Below the pieces are notes generated by a model that worked only from the letters and a program-made list of their open reading frames with translations, did no database searches and was not told the DNA's origin. A stretch of 64,000 nt of DNA from Vulcanimicrobiota bacterium. GTDB lineage: Bacteria > Vulcanimicrobiota > Vulcanimicrobiia > Eremiobacterales > Eremiobacteraceae. Position numbers and translations under genes: made by a program. The DNA is taken from assembly GCA_963812135.1 (NCBI GenBank), contig CAWETU010000001.1, positions 1,856,001 through 1,920,000 on the forward strand, written 5' to 3'. Shown here in pieces: positions 18,164 to 27,326 of the stretch; positions within the stretch are counted from its first letter, which is position 1, and every line of letters begins with the position of its first letter.

Positions 18164-19675
18164 TCAGCCGGTTTGCGACAGCGCCGAACGCAGCCGAGAT
18201 GCCAGCCGGGCAGGGCCGAGCAACGGCAAGAGCACGGGGAGCTCGATGCCGTGCTCCTGTCCTGTTGCCGCGATCCGTATCGGTCTGAAAAGCGCGCGTC
18301 CTTTGACGCCGTGCTTGGCGCCGAGCGCAGCGAGCGCTTCCTTCGATAACGCGTTGCGGAGGGCTGCGCGATCCTTGCAACCTGCCGCTATGGCAGCGAT
18401 CTCTTCAACAAGCGCGCGGGACGTCGGATCTGCAAGCGCGTCTTGTGTGCCGGGCTCGAGGCGCATTTCATCTTCTAACACTTGCAACGCTAGTGCTGGA
18501 ACCTGATCGAGCGTCTCAACGTGATCGGTCATCGCGTCGGCGAATAACCCGCGCCAGAGCGGATCCTTGATATCCGACGAAGCGGCAACCGCCGGATCGC
18601 GCGCCGCCCATGAAGCGAATAACTCGGCGCGCTCATCGCGCGGCAGCGCGCGGATATAGTGCGCGTTGAACCAGCGCAGCTTCGCGTGATCGAACACCGC
18701 GGGACTCTTGGTCACGCGGTCCAGCGAGAAGGTCTCGATGAGCTCCTCGAGCGTGAAGAACTCCCGGTCATCGCCCGGCGACCAGCCGAGCAGCGCGAGA
18801 TAGTTGATGAGCGCCGCAGGCAGATATCCCTGTTCGCGATACTCCGCGACCGATGTGGCTCCATGACGCTTCGACAGTTTCTGATGGTCGGGCGCGAGGA
18901 TCATCGAGACGTGTGCGAACAGGGGCAACGGAAGCTCGAGCGCTTCGTAGAGCGCCACTTGGCGCGGCGTGTTCGGCAGATGCTCGTCGGCGCGGATCAC
19001 GTGCGTGATCGCCATCTCGGCGTCGTCGACGACTACCGCGAAGTTGTAGGCGGCGACGCCATCTGATTTCAAGATGACGAAGTCGCCGATCGATCCTGCC
19101 GGGAAATGCACCGCGCCGCGCACGAGATCTTCGACGTACACGTCACGCTGCGGCATCAAGAAGCGGATCGCCGGCTTGCGGCCTTCCGCTTCGAGCGCAA
19201 GGCGCTGTTCGCGGGTGAGATCGCGGCATTTGCCGGAATACTTCGGCGTTTGCCCAAGCCGCTCGGCGGCGCGACGCTCGGCTTCGAGCTCCTCGGGCGT
19301 GCAGTAGCACGGATACGCCTGCTCGATCTCGAGCAAACGCGCGACGGCGAGCCCGTAGAGGTCGATCCGATCGGTCTGCCGATACGGGCCGTACTCTCCT
19401 CCGACATCCGTGCCTTCATCCCACGTCAGGCCGAGCCAGCGCATGTCCTCTTGAATGGCGCGTTCGGATTCAAGCGTCGAGCGGCCGGTGTCGGTGTCTT
19501 CGGAGCGCAGCACGAGCACGCCGTGGTTGCGTCTCGCGAAGAGATAATTGAAGAGCGCCGTGCGAGCGCCGCCGACGTGCAGCGATCCGGTTGGCGCGGG
19601 GGCGAAGCGGACTCTCACGGCGCCTGAGCTCGGCTCAGGCGCGACACCCGAGCTGCGCTCGGGTTCTACGTTCAT
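18164..19675 (-). CDS. gltX: Glutamate--tRNA ligase (start ATG 19675 or GTG 19618)
   Basis: VRVRFAPAPTGSLHVGG, CYC/C zinc site, KLSKR. Confidence 0.96.
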   Translation of the reverse strand: MNVEPERSSGVAPEPSSGAVRVRFAPAPTGSLHVGGARTALFNYLFARRNHGVLVLRSEDTDTGRSTLESERAIQEDMRWLGLTWDEGTDVGGEYGPYRQTDRIDLYGLAVARLLEIEQAYPCYCTPEELEAERRAAERLGQTPKYSGKCRDLTREQRLALEAEGRKPAIRFLMPQRDVYVEDLVRGAVHFPAGSIGDFVILKSDGVAAYNFAVVVDDAEMAITHVIRADEHLPNTPRQVALYEALELPLPLFAHVSMILAPDHQKLSKRHGATSVAEYREQGYLPAALINYLALLGWSPGDDREFFTLEELIETFSLDRVTKSPAVFDHAKLRWFNAHYIRALPRDERAELFASWAARDPAVAASSDIKDPLWRGLFADAMTDHVETLDQVPALALQVLEDEMRLEPGTQDALADPTSRALVEEIAAIAAGCKDRAALRNALSKEALAALGAKHGVKGRALFRPIRIAATGQEHGIELPVLLPLLGPARLASRLRSALSQTG

Positions 19676-20148
19676 GTGTCTTTCTCGACGGTTGCCACCG
19701 CGTATGCTGCCATCCCGTCTCCTGTACCCGTGAAACCCAATCCCTCCGTGCGTTTGGCCTTGACGTTGCACGCGTTCTCCGCGACCCCCAACGCATTGGC
19801 CAGCACGGCGCGCATCGCGCCGACGTGTCCGGCGAGCGCGGGCTGCTCGGCCACGATCGTGCAGTCGACGTTATTGACGCGTAGGCCGGCCTGACGCAAC
19901 ATCACCGCGGTCTGTTCGAGCAACTTCACGCTGTGTGCGTTCGCGTACTTGGGATCGCCTGCTGGAAAGCGCGAGCCGCAATCGCCCAAACCTGCGGCTC
20001 CGAGGACCGCGTCGATGATCGCGTGCGTGAGCACGTCCGCATCCGAAAAACCCTCGAGACCTTTGATGAACTGGATACGCACGCCGCCCAAGATCAGCGG
20101 GCGATCGGCCACGAGTCGATGCGCGTCGAACCCGAAGCCGACCCTCAT
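19672..20148 (-). CDS. ispF: 2-C-methyl-D-erythritol 2,4-cyclodiphosphate synthase
   Basis: MRVGFGFDAH, SDADVLTHAIIDA, TEGLGFTG. Confidence 0.95.
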   Translation of the reverse strand: MRVGFGFDAHRLVADRPLILGGVRIQFIKGLEGFSDADVLTHAIIDAVLGAAGLGDCGSRFPAGDPKYANAHSVKLLEQTAVMLRQAGLRVNNVDCTIVAEQPALAGHVGAMRAVLANALGVAENACNVKAKRTEGLGFTGTGDGMAAYAVATVEKDT

Positions 20149-20834
20149 CGCAGCGGCGCCTGCATCTTCTCGGCCATCAGCCGCGCGAGTTCGAGGTCGT
20201 CCGGGGTCGTCACTTTGATGTTGCCGTACGATCCCATCACGAGTTTGACCGGCGCGCCCAAACGCTCCACGAGCGACGCGTCGTCAGTGCCGGTGAAACC
20301 GTCCTTCAGCGCCTGCACGTGCGCGGCCACGAGCACATCATAGGGGAACACCTGCGGCGTTTGCGCCGCCCACAACGAGGCGCGCTCGATCGTGCGCTCG
20401 ACCGCGGTGCCCTGCGCTTGTTTGATCGTGTCCTGCACCGGCACTGCGGCGATGGCGCTCACGCCGTGATGCGCCGCCGCGATCACCCGGTCCACAACGT
20501 CCAGCGTGAGAAACGGCCGCGCGCCGTCGTGCACCAACACGAGTTGCGGAGCGGGCAGCACCGCGGAGAGCGCCGCGTGCACGGATGCTTGCCGCGTGGC
20601 GCCGCCGGCGACGATGCCGCGCACCTTCGACGGCGCATATTCGGAGGCGACCTCTTGGAAACGCTCGCGGTCGTCCGCTTCGCAAGCGATGTAGATCGCC
20701 GAAATCGAACCTGCGCGTTCGAAGAGCTCGAGCGACCACGCCGCGAGCGGCTTGCCCCCAAGATCGAGCAATTGCTTCGGTTTGCCGAGCCGGTCGCCGC
20801 GGCCGGCGGCCGCGAGAATCGCGACAGTGCTCAC
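20145..20834 (-). CDS. ispD: 2-C-methyl-D-erythritol 4-phosphate cytidylyltransferase
   Basis: AAAGRGDR, KQLL, VHDGARP, AQTPQ, NIKVTTPDDL. Confidence 0.95.
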   Translation of the reverse strand: MSTVAILAAAGRGDRLGKPKQLLDLGGKPLAAWSLELFERAGSISAIYIACEADDRERFQEVASEYAPSKVRGIVAGGATRQASVHAALSAVLPAPQLVLVHDGARPFLTLDVVDRVIAAAHHGVSAIAAVPVQDTIKQAQGTAVERTIERASLWAAQTPQVFPYDVLVAAHVQALKDGFTGTDDASLVERLGAPVKLVMGSYGNIKVTTPDDLELARLMAEKMQAPLR

Positions 20835-21886
20835 GTCTTTTTCGGCCTGGCGAAGATCATCCGGCCCGCAGCCGTCTGCAGCACCGACGTGACCTGGACG
20901 CCGACCGTCTCGCCGATGAGCCGCTTGCCGTTCTCGACGACGATCATCGTGCCGTCCTCGAGATAGCCGACGCCCTGGTTCTGCTCCTTGCCGTCCTTGA
21001 CGATGCTGACCGTCATCTCCTCGCCCGGCAGCACGACCGGTTTGATCGCGTTGGCGAGCTCGTTGACGTTGAGAATCACGACGCCTTGCAGCCGCGCGAC
21101 GCGATTGAGATTATAGTCGTTCGTGAGGATCGGCGCTTCCATCTGGCGCGCCAGCGTCACGAGCTTGCTGTCGACGTCGCGTTCTGGCGCGTCTTGATCG
21201 ATGATCTCAAGGCGGCCGGAGATATCGCGCAAGCGATTGAGTATCTCAAGGCCGCGCCGGCCGCGCGCGCGCCGTATGCTGTCCGCCGAATCCGCGATCG
21301 ACTGCAATTCCTTAAGGACGAATTTGGGCACGAGCAGGCGGCCTTCGATGAATCCGGCCTGCACGACCTCGAGCACGCGGCCGTCGACGATGACCGACGT
21401 GTCGAGCAGCTTTGGCGGAGCGTCGGCGTCGTGCGGTCCGCTGCGCATCCAGCTCGAAAGGCGCTGACGCAATCCGATGCGGATGCCGGTGTACGCGAAG
21501 AACAGCGTGATGAGTGCGTAGATGACGATTGAAATGATCGGCCCGTAGCGCGGGATCTGGTTGATCGGCGCGAAGATCTCGCGCACGAGATAGGCGACCA
21601 ACAACCCGACGACCAGACCGATGGCGCCGGACAGCGCCTCGGCCGGCGCCATCTTGACGATCGACTCTTCGACCGAGCTTGAGACGCGTTCAAAGAAGTT
21701 GGCGAGATACGGCGACAACGCGATGCCGATGAGCGCGAAGAGCAACGGGATGCCGAGATCGCGCAGGTGCCCGAGCGTGCCGGTCTGGCCGGCGAGATAC
21801 GGAATATGCCCGAGCTCAATACCGCCTGCCAAGCCGAGCAAGCCGCACAACAGCGCGAAAATTATTCGAAGTAGTAATTTACCCAA
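20831..21886 (-). CDS. PIN/TRAM-domain membrane protein (YacL family)
   Basis: About four TM helices, KLLDTSVIVDGR, RARGRRGLEIL, TNDYNLN, GVGYLEDGTMIVVE; start probably TTG 21886. Confidence 0.9.
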   Translation of the reverse strand: MGKLLLRIIFALLCGLLGLAGGIELGHIPYLAGQTGTLGHLRDLGIPLLFALIGIALSPYLANFFERVSSSVEESIVKMAPAEALSGAIGLVVGLLVAYLVREIFAPINQIPRYGPIISIVIYALITLFFAYTGIRIGLRQRLSSWMRSGPHDADAPPKLLDTSVIVDGRVLEVVQAGFIEGRLLVPKFVLKELQSIADSADSIRRARGRRGLEILNRLRDISGRLEIIDQDAPERDVDSKLVTLARQMEAPILTNDYNLNRVARLQGVVILNVNELANAIKPVVLPGEEMTVSIVKDGKEQNQGVGYLEDGTMIVVENGKRLIGETVGVQVTSVLQTAAGRMIFARPKKT

Positions 21887-23036
21887 AACCGGCGGGGGCC
21901 GGGAAGAAAGAAGGATGTAAGAATTCGGAGCATGCGGTGTTGGCCAAAAGCCGTCCCCGCGAAGAAAGCCGTACCCCCTGTCCGCCCTCTTCGAGCAGAC
22001 CGGCCTGACGACATTTATTGATGGCAACCGCGAATATCAAGCGTGCGTCCACGCCGAACCGCGCGCGGAAATCCTCGTCCCGGATGCCCTCGCGCGTGCG
22101 CAATGCGAGCATGGCCGCCTCGCCGATGCGCGCCTGAATATCGAGCCGCTCTTCTTCTTCGCGCGGCGAGCGGCCGGCTTCGATCGCCGTGCAGTACCCG
22201 TCGAATGCACGCACGTTGCGGTATCGCAAGCCGTCTTCGTAGCCCGATGCCGACATGCCGAGCGCGACGCAATCTCGTTGCGCCCAATAGCCGCGATTGT
22301 GCCGGCTTTCAAAACCCGGCTTCGCATAGTTGGAGATCTCGTAGCGGTCGAATCCGGCGTGCGTCAACGTCTGCTCGGCCAATTCGAGCAGATCTGCCAT
22401 ACCATCGTCGTCCACGAACTGCTGCGGCGAGCGCTCGAACCAGCGCGCGTACGGCGTGCCGGCTTCGATCGTCAGTCCGTAGACAGACACGTGATCGGGC
22501 GCGCATGCGACGGCGCGCTCAAGCGACCGCGCGAACGAGGCGAGCGTTTGCCCCGGAACACCGGCGATCAGATCGATGCTGATGTTTTCGTGGCCGGCCG
22601 CGCGCGCGGCGGTGATGTATGCCGTGGCCTGCTCGGCGCTGTGATCTCGGCCCAGACGCTGCAGCTCGGCATCGTCGAACGATTGCACGCCGATCGAAAG
22701 ACGATTGATCCCCGCGGCGCGATAGTGCGCGAGATCTTCAGCGTTACGCGATGGATTTGCCTCGAGCGTGCATTCGATGGTGTGTGCGTCGAAGGCGAAA
22801 TGGCCTCTAATCGACGAGAGCAAGCCACTGATGTCATGCGCGCTCAGCGCCGATGGCGTGCCGCCGCCGAAATAGATCGTGGCGATCCCTTCGCTGGGCG
22901 TTGCGATCGTCGAGAGCTCAGCGCGCAGAGCGGCCAAGTATCGATCAATCCGCCCGCGCGCGAACTCCACCACCGCGAAGTCGCAATACGGACAGATGCG
23001 ATCGCAGAACGGCAGATGGACGTAACAACCGGCCAT
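21879..23036 (-). CDS. hemW: Radical SAM heme chaperone HemW (HemN-like)
   Basis: YVHLPFCDRICPYCDF, YFGGGTPS, YEISNYA, HNRGYW. Confidence 0.88.
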   Translation of the reverse strand: MAGCYVHLPFCDRICPYCDFAVVEFARGRIDRYLAALRAELSTIATPSEGIATIYFGGGTPSALSAHDISGLLSSIRGHFAFDAHTIECTLEANPSRNAEDLAHYRAAGINRLSIGVQSFDDAELQRLGRDHSAEQATAYITAARAAGHENISIDLIAGVPGQTLASFARSLERAVACAPDHVSVYGLTIEAGTPYARWFERSPQQFVDDDGMADLLELAEQTLTHAGFDRYEISNYAKPGFESRHNRGYWAQRDCVALGMSASGYEDGLRYRNVRAFDGYCTAIEAGRSPREEEERLDIQARIGEAAMLALRTREGIRDEDFRARFGVDARLIFAVAINKCRQAGLLEEGGQGVRLSSRGRLLANTACSEFLHPSFFPAPAGFG

Positions 23037-23044
23037 TGCCGCGG

Positions 23045-23524
23045 CTATTCCTCTCCGTCGAAGTAGTCGAGCGGATCTGAGCGCATCAGCTTGCGCTCGG
23101 GGGATCTCACGATGTGTTTGCCGCTGTCCGGATAGTGGCCGGACTCGCCGATCGGGTTGTCGGCGACGACATACACCTCCAACACGTCGGTGCCATCGTT
23201 GATCAACTGATGCGGCTGGCCCGGTTCGAAGATGAACGCGTCGCCGGATTCGATCGGCGTCGTGCCATCCTTGTGGCGGACTTTACCAGAACCGGAGATG
23301 ACGTGATAGAACTCCCACTGCGCGCTATGCGAGTGATACGGATAGGGCGTCTTGCCGGCGGGGATGCGCAATATTTCGACGTCGAACGGATGCCGTTCCA
23401 TGAGATCCGTCGACTGCGGCTTGCGGCCGAGCGCTTCGGAGACTTCGAGTCCCGCGCCGGCGAATTTGCCGCGCGGCGACGCCCATTTGAGCTCTGCGAT
23501 ATTCTTCGTGTTGACTTTTCGCAT
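23045..23524 (-). CDS. Cupin-domain protein
   Basis: PYHSHSAQWEFYHVISG...PHQLIN, YPDSGK, LDYFDGEE. Confidence 0.88.
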   Translation of the reverse strand: MRKVNTKNIAELKWASPRGKFAGAGLEVSEALGRKPQSTDLMERHPFDVEILRIPAGKTPYPYHSHSAQWEFYHVISGSGKVRHKDGTTPIESGDAFIFEPGQPHQLINDGTDVLEVYVVADNPIGESGHYPDSGKHIVRSPERKLMRSDPLDYFDGEE

Positions 23525-23544
23525 GAGGTGCCGTTCTTTTTAGA

Positions 23545-24387
23545 TCAGGGGATGAAGAACACGCCGACCGCGCCCGGCCCGGCGTGGGTGCCGACGGTCG
23601 GGCCGGCGATCGTGGTGATCATCGAAGCCGGCTCGATCGCCTGCTCCAGGCGGTCGCGCACTTTGGCGGCGAGCTCCGGCGCGACCGAGTGCATGACGGC
23701 GCAGCGCGCGTGCTTTTTTTGCGGCACCTTTGACTTGACGATCTCGATGATCTGATCCACCGCGCGCGCAAACGTGCGGACTTTGCTGTGCTCGGCCACG
23801 AGCCCGTCTTTGAGGGTGATGATCGGCACGATCTGCAGCACATTGCCGAGCATGCTCTGGAGCGCGCCGATCCTTCCGCCGCGCGCTAAAAACGTGAGCG
23901 TCGGGATCGCGGCGAAGAGCATATCGTTGGGGATGTCGGCCTGCGCTTTGGCGACGATCGCTTCAACGGATTCCCCACGTGCAGCCTGATCGCGTGCCTC
24001 GAGCACGAGCAATCCCTCGCCGGCCGACGCGTTTTGCGTGTCGATCACCGTGATGCGATCGGGCGCGACGTGCTGCGCGGCCAGCGATGCCGAATTGAAC
24101 GTACCTGACAGCGCTGCCGAGGCGTGTATCGAGACGATGTGCTCCGCGCCGGCGTCGAGCAATCCCCTATACGCCTGTTCGAACGCGGCGGGCGGCGGCT
24201 GGGACGAGGTTGGATGATGCGCGGTATCGTGCTGGAGGCGATCGTAGAACTGGTCCGCAGTGAGGTCGATGCCGTCGCGGAACTGCTCGTTGCCGAACCT
24301 GATCGTGAGCGGCACGACGGTGACGTCCACCGCGAGATCGCCCAGGTCCGAGATCGAGTCGGTGACGATCGCGATCTTCTGGCTCAT
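23545..24387 (-). CDS. DegV-family fatty-acid-binding protein (FakB)
   Basis: KIAIVTDSISD, SSQP, SAALSGTFNSA, LARGGRIG, GTHAGPG; ATG overlaps the plsX stop. Confidence 0.93.
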   Translation of the reverse strand: MSQKIAIVTDSISDLGDLAVDVTVVPLTIRFGNEQFRDGIDLTADQFYDRLQHDTAHHPTSSQPPPAAFEQAYRGLLDAGAEHIVSIHASAALSGTFNSASLAAQHVAPDRITVIDTQNASAGEGLLVLEARDQAARGESVEAIVAKAQADIPNDMLFAAIPTLTFLARGGRIGALQSMLGNVLQIVPIITLKDGLVAEHSKVRTFARAVDQIIEIVKSKVPQKKHARCAVMHSVAPELAAKVRDRLEQAIEPASMITTIAGPTVGTHAGPGAVGVFFIP

Positions 24388-25406
24388 CCCGACGCCTGCG
24401 CGGCAGATGGCGCGAGCATGCGCTCGATGGAACCGACCAGATCTTGACGGGCGGCGCGCAGCGCCATCTGACACGCGTGGTAGACGGTCAGCGCATCCGC
24501 GCGCCCATGTCCGATGATGCAATTGCCGCGCACGCCAAGCAGCGGCGCGCCGCCGTGGTAGCGGTGATCGAGGCGCGAGCGCACCGACCTGAACACGGGC
24601 TTCAACAGCGCGGCGCCTGCCTTGACGGTGAGCGGCGCGGCCTCGATGCCCTCGCGCAACAGCTTGAAGATGTACTCGCTCGTGCCTTCGGCGGTCTTGA
24701 GCGCGACGTTGCCGACGAAACCGTCCGCGACGACGACGTCCGCTTCGCCGAGCAGCAGATCGCGGCCCTCGACGTTGCCGATGAAGTGGATCGGCGCGGC
24801 GGCGAGCAGCGGAAATGTCTCCGCGGTCAGCGCGTTGCCTTTGGACTCCTCCTCGCCGACCGACAGCAAACCGACTTTCGGATCTGGGATGCCGAGCACC
24901 GCGCGCGCGTACGCCGTCCCCATGAGCGCGAATTGCACCAGCCACTCAGGCTTGCAGTCGACGTTCGCGCCCGCGTCGACGAGCAACATCGGGCCCCTAT
25001 GCGCGGGCCACGCCGTTGCGAAGCCCGGCCGCGCGATGCCCGGCAGGCGCGACAGACGGATCGTCGCGAGCGCGAGGAACGCGCCGCTATTGCCGGCGGA
25101 GAACGCGGCGTGCGCTTGTCCGTCGCGCACCAAGTCGATCGTCTTGCCCATCGAGGTGACGCCGCCGCGGCGCACCGCCGCAGCGGGCGCTTCATCCATG
25201 GCGACTTGTTCGACCGCTTCGACGATCGTCACGGTGGGCGGCGCACCGTCGCGCTGGAGGAGCGGCTGCAATCTGGCCGGATCGCCGACGAGCAGAATGC
25301 GGCAGCCCCACTCGCGCGCCGCACGGCACGCGCCGGCCGCGATCGCATCGGGCGCGAGGTCGCCGCCCATGCCATCGATCGCGATGGTGACGTCGCTATC
25401 GTTCAA
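24384..25406 (-). CDS. plsX: Phosphate acyltransferase
   Basis: IAIDGMGGDLAP, SAGNSGA, DAGANVD, ADGFVGNVALK, GGAPLLGV; start probably TTG 25406. Confidence 0.95.
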   Translation of the reverse strand: MNDSDVTIAIDGMGGDLAPDAIAAGACRAAREWGCRILLVGDPARLQPLLQRDGAPPTVTIVEAVEQVAMDEAPAAAVRRGGVTSMGKTIDLVRDGQAHAAFSAGNSGAFLALATIRLSRLPGIARPGFATAWPAHRGPMLLVDAGANVDCKPEWLVQFALMGTAYARAVLGIPDPKVGLLSVGEEESKGNALTAETFPLLAAAPIHFIGNVEGRDLLLGEADVVVADGFVGNVALKTAEGTSEYIFKLLREGIEAAPLTVKAGAALLKPVFRSVRSRLDHRYHGGAPLLGVRGNCIIGHGRADALTVYHACQMALRAARQDLVGSIERMLAPSAAQASG

Positions 25407-27015
25407 TCGAAACCACGTAATCTGATGTCGGTTGGCCGCCGTAATACGCCTCGACCGACGCCGTCGGGAATTGGGCTTTGAGCGCGGCGGCGAGTTCTTC
25501 GGCTTCGTTGCGCCGGCGCGCGTGCCCGTAATACAGCGTGATGAGCGACGGATCGGTATCCGTCGCGGCGCGGACCATCGCGAGTGCGATAGCGGTGGGA
25601 TCTGCTCCTTCCACCAGCCGCTCCGCGCTGCCGTCGCGCGCTTCGAGCGCGCCCACGAGTTGGTTGCGTTCGACGGCGACGCCGCCGATCTCCGCGTCGC
25701 GACCCGCTCGGAAGATCGAACCGCTTCCCACGACGAGCGATTCGGCGAGCAGGTCGTCCGGTTTGATGTTCGGATCGTCGGGCCGGTTGACCATGGCGAA
25801 GAGCGCCGCGACTCCATCGGCGACGGTGCGCGTGGGCACGACGACGACGCGTTTGTCGGTCAGCGCGTCGACCTCTTTGGCGGCGAGCATGATGTTCTTG
25901 TCGTTCGGCATCAGGTACACGACCGGCGCGAGCACTTTGTTGACCGCGACGAGCAGGTCTTTCACCGACGGGTTCATGGTCGCGCCGCCGATGACCACGA
26001 CGTCGGTGCCGAGCTCCTTGAAGATCTTCGCGAAGCCCTCGCCGGGCGCCACCGCGACGATGCCGCGCGGCTTGCTCTCGCGGTCGACGACGAGCACGTT
26101 GTGCTGCTCTTCCATGTTGTCGATCTTCAGCCGCGAGACGTCGCCCAGCTCGCGCGCCATGTCGGCGATTTTCTCCGGATAATCCGTGTGGATGTGCACG
26201 CGGATCGTGCCGTCGCCGCCGGCGACGATGAGCGAGTCGCCGTGCGGGGTGAGCAGCGCGCGCAGCGAGTCGGGTTCGGTCGCTGTCTTGGCGAGCACGA
26301 ATTCCGTGCAGAAGCGATGCGTCTCGACCTTCTGTTTCGCGGTGAACGTCGTGCGCCGCACCGGGTTGCGCGGGAACGCAGTGGTGTAGGGCGCGCGGCC
26401 GGGCAGCATGCGCAGCACGCCTTCCATGAAATAGACGAAGCCTTGGCCGCCCGCGTCGACGACTTTGGCTTCTTTCAAGATGGCGAGCTGTTCGGGCGTC
26501 TTCTCAAGAGCCTCGTTCGCGGCATCCACCGTCGCGTGCAGCACCGCATAAAAATCTTTTTCACCGGCAGCTTTCTTGAAGCACGCATTCGCTGCGCCGC
26601 TCGCCACCGAAAGGATCGTCCCCTCGACCGGCTTGAGCAGCGCTTTGCGCGCGGCTATCACGCCTTCGTTCAGCGCGCTCGCGAACTCGAGCGTGGTGAT
26701 GGCGTCTCGATGACGCACCTCGTGCGCGAAACCGCGGAACATCTGCGAGATGATGACACCCGAGTTGCCGCGCGCGCCCATCAGCGAGCCTTGCGCGGCG
26801 GCGGCCGCGACATCTTTGAGCGCATTCGAATGCTCTTTGCGGGCCTCGACCATCGCAGCGCGGACGGTGAAGAACATGTTCGTGCCGGTGTCGCCATCGG
26901 GCACGGGGAACACGTTGAGATCGTTGATCACCGAGCGGTACTTGCGCAAGAAAAACGTGCCGGCTACCAAGAAGTCGGCGAACAGCTTCCCGTCGCAGCT
27001 GGTTATCTGTTCCAG
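25396..27015 (-). CDS. DAK2-domain fatty acid kinase subunit A (FakA/YloV family); probable CTG start
   Basis: INDLNVFPVPDGDTGTNM, GARGNSG, VDAGGQG, FCTEF, GGATMNPS, YYGGQP. Confidence 0.92.
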   Translation of the reverse strand: MEQITSCDGKLFADFLVAGTFFLRKYRSVINDLNVFPVPDGDTGTNMFFTVRAAMVEARKEHSNALKDVAAAAAQGSLMGARGNSGVIISQMFRGFAHEVRHRDAITTLEFASALNEGVIAARKALLKPVEGTILSVASGAANACFKKAAGEKDFYAVLHATVDAANEALEKTPEQLAILKEAKVVDAGGQGFVYFMEGVLRMLPGRAPYTTAFPRNPVRRTTFTAKQKVETHRFCTEFVLAKTATEPDSLRALLTPHGDSLIVAGGDGTIRVHIHTDYPEKIADMARELGDVSRLKIDNMEEQHNVLVVDRESKPRGIVAVAPGEGFAKIFKELGTDVVVIGGATMNPSVKDLLVAVNKVLAPVVYLMPNDKNIMLAAKEVDALTDKRVVVVPTRTVADGVAALFAMVNRPDDPNIKPDDLLAESLVVGSGSIFRAGRDAEIGGVAVERNQLVGALEARDGSAERLVEGADPTAIALAMVRAATDTDPSLITLYYGHARRRNEAEELAAALKAQFPTASVEAYYGGQPTSDYVVSIER

Positions 27016-27091
27016 ATGCTTCCTCTTGAATGGTCGACTCTTATGTGATACTATACCGTGGTCATTCTTGTTCGTTTGAGAGGAACCCCTT

Positions 27092-27280
27092 ATGGCTAAG
27101 CGTTGCGACGTATGCGGCAAAGGGCCGGCATCGGGCAACAACGTCAGTCATTCGATGCGCAAGACGCGTCGTCGCTGGCTGCCCAATCTCCAGTCGGTGC
27201 GCATCAAGGAAAAAGGCACCGTGAAGACCGCGCGCGTGTGCACGGTTTGCTTGAAATCGCGGCGCGTCGTCCGAGCCTGA
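27092..27280 (+). CDS. rpmB: 50S ribosomal protein L28
   Basis: [10 protein letters not shown]...GNNVSHS...RRWLPNLQ...CTVCLK; GAGGA RBS. Confidence 0.97.
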   Translation: MAKRCDVCGKGPASGNNVSHSMRKTRRRWLPNLQSVRIKEKGTVKTARVCTVCLKSRRVVRA

Positions 27281-27324
27281 TCAAGTCGCTCGATCAGATC
27301 ACCCGAGCTTCGCTCGGGCACTAC
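27277..27324 (-). repeat. REP-like hairpin doublet between convergent rpmB and thiL
   Basis: GTAG-TGCCCGAGC-GAA-GCTCGGGT then CTGATCGAG/CTTGATCAG. Confidence 0.75.
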
Positions 27325-27326
27325 AT

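Noticed and set aside
20831..21886. PIN toxin of a toxin-antitoxin pair
   Set aside because: TM-PIN-TRAM architecture upstream of ispD is the conserved YacL family; no antitoxin gene.
21879..23036. True coproporphyrinogen dehydrogenase HemN
   Set aside because: Lacks the HemN N-terminal extension and has the HNxxYW motif typical of HemW.
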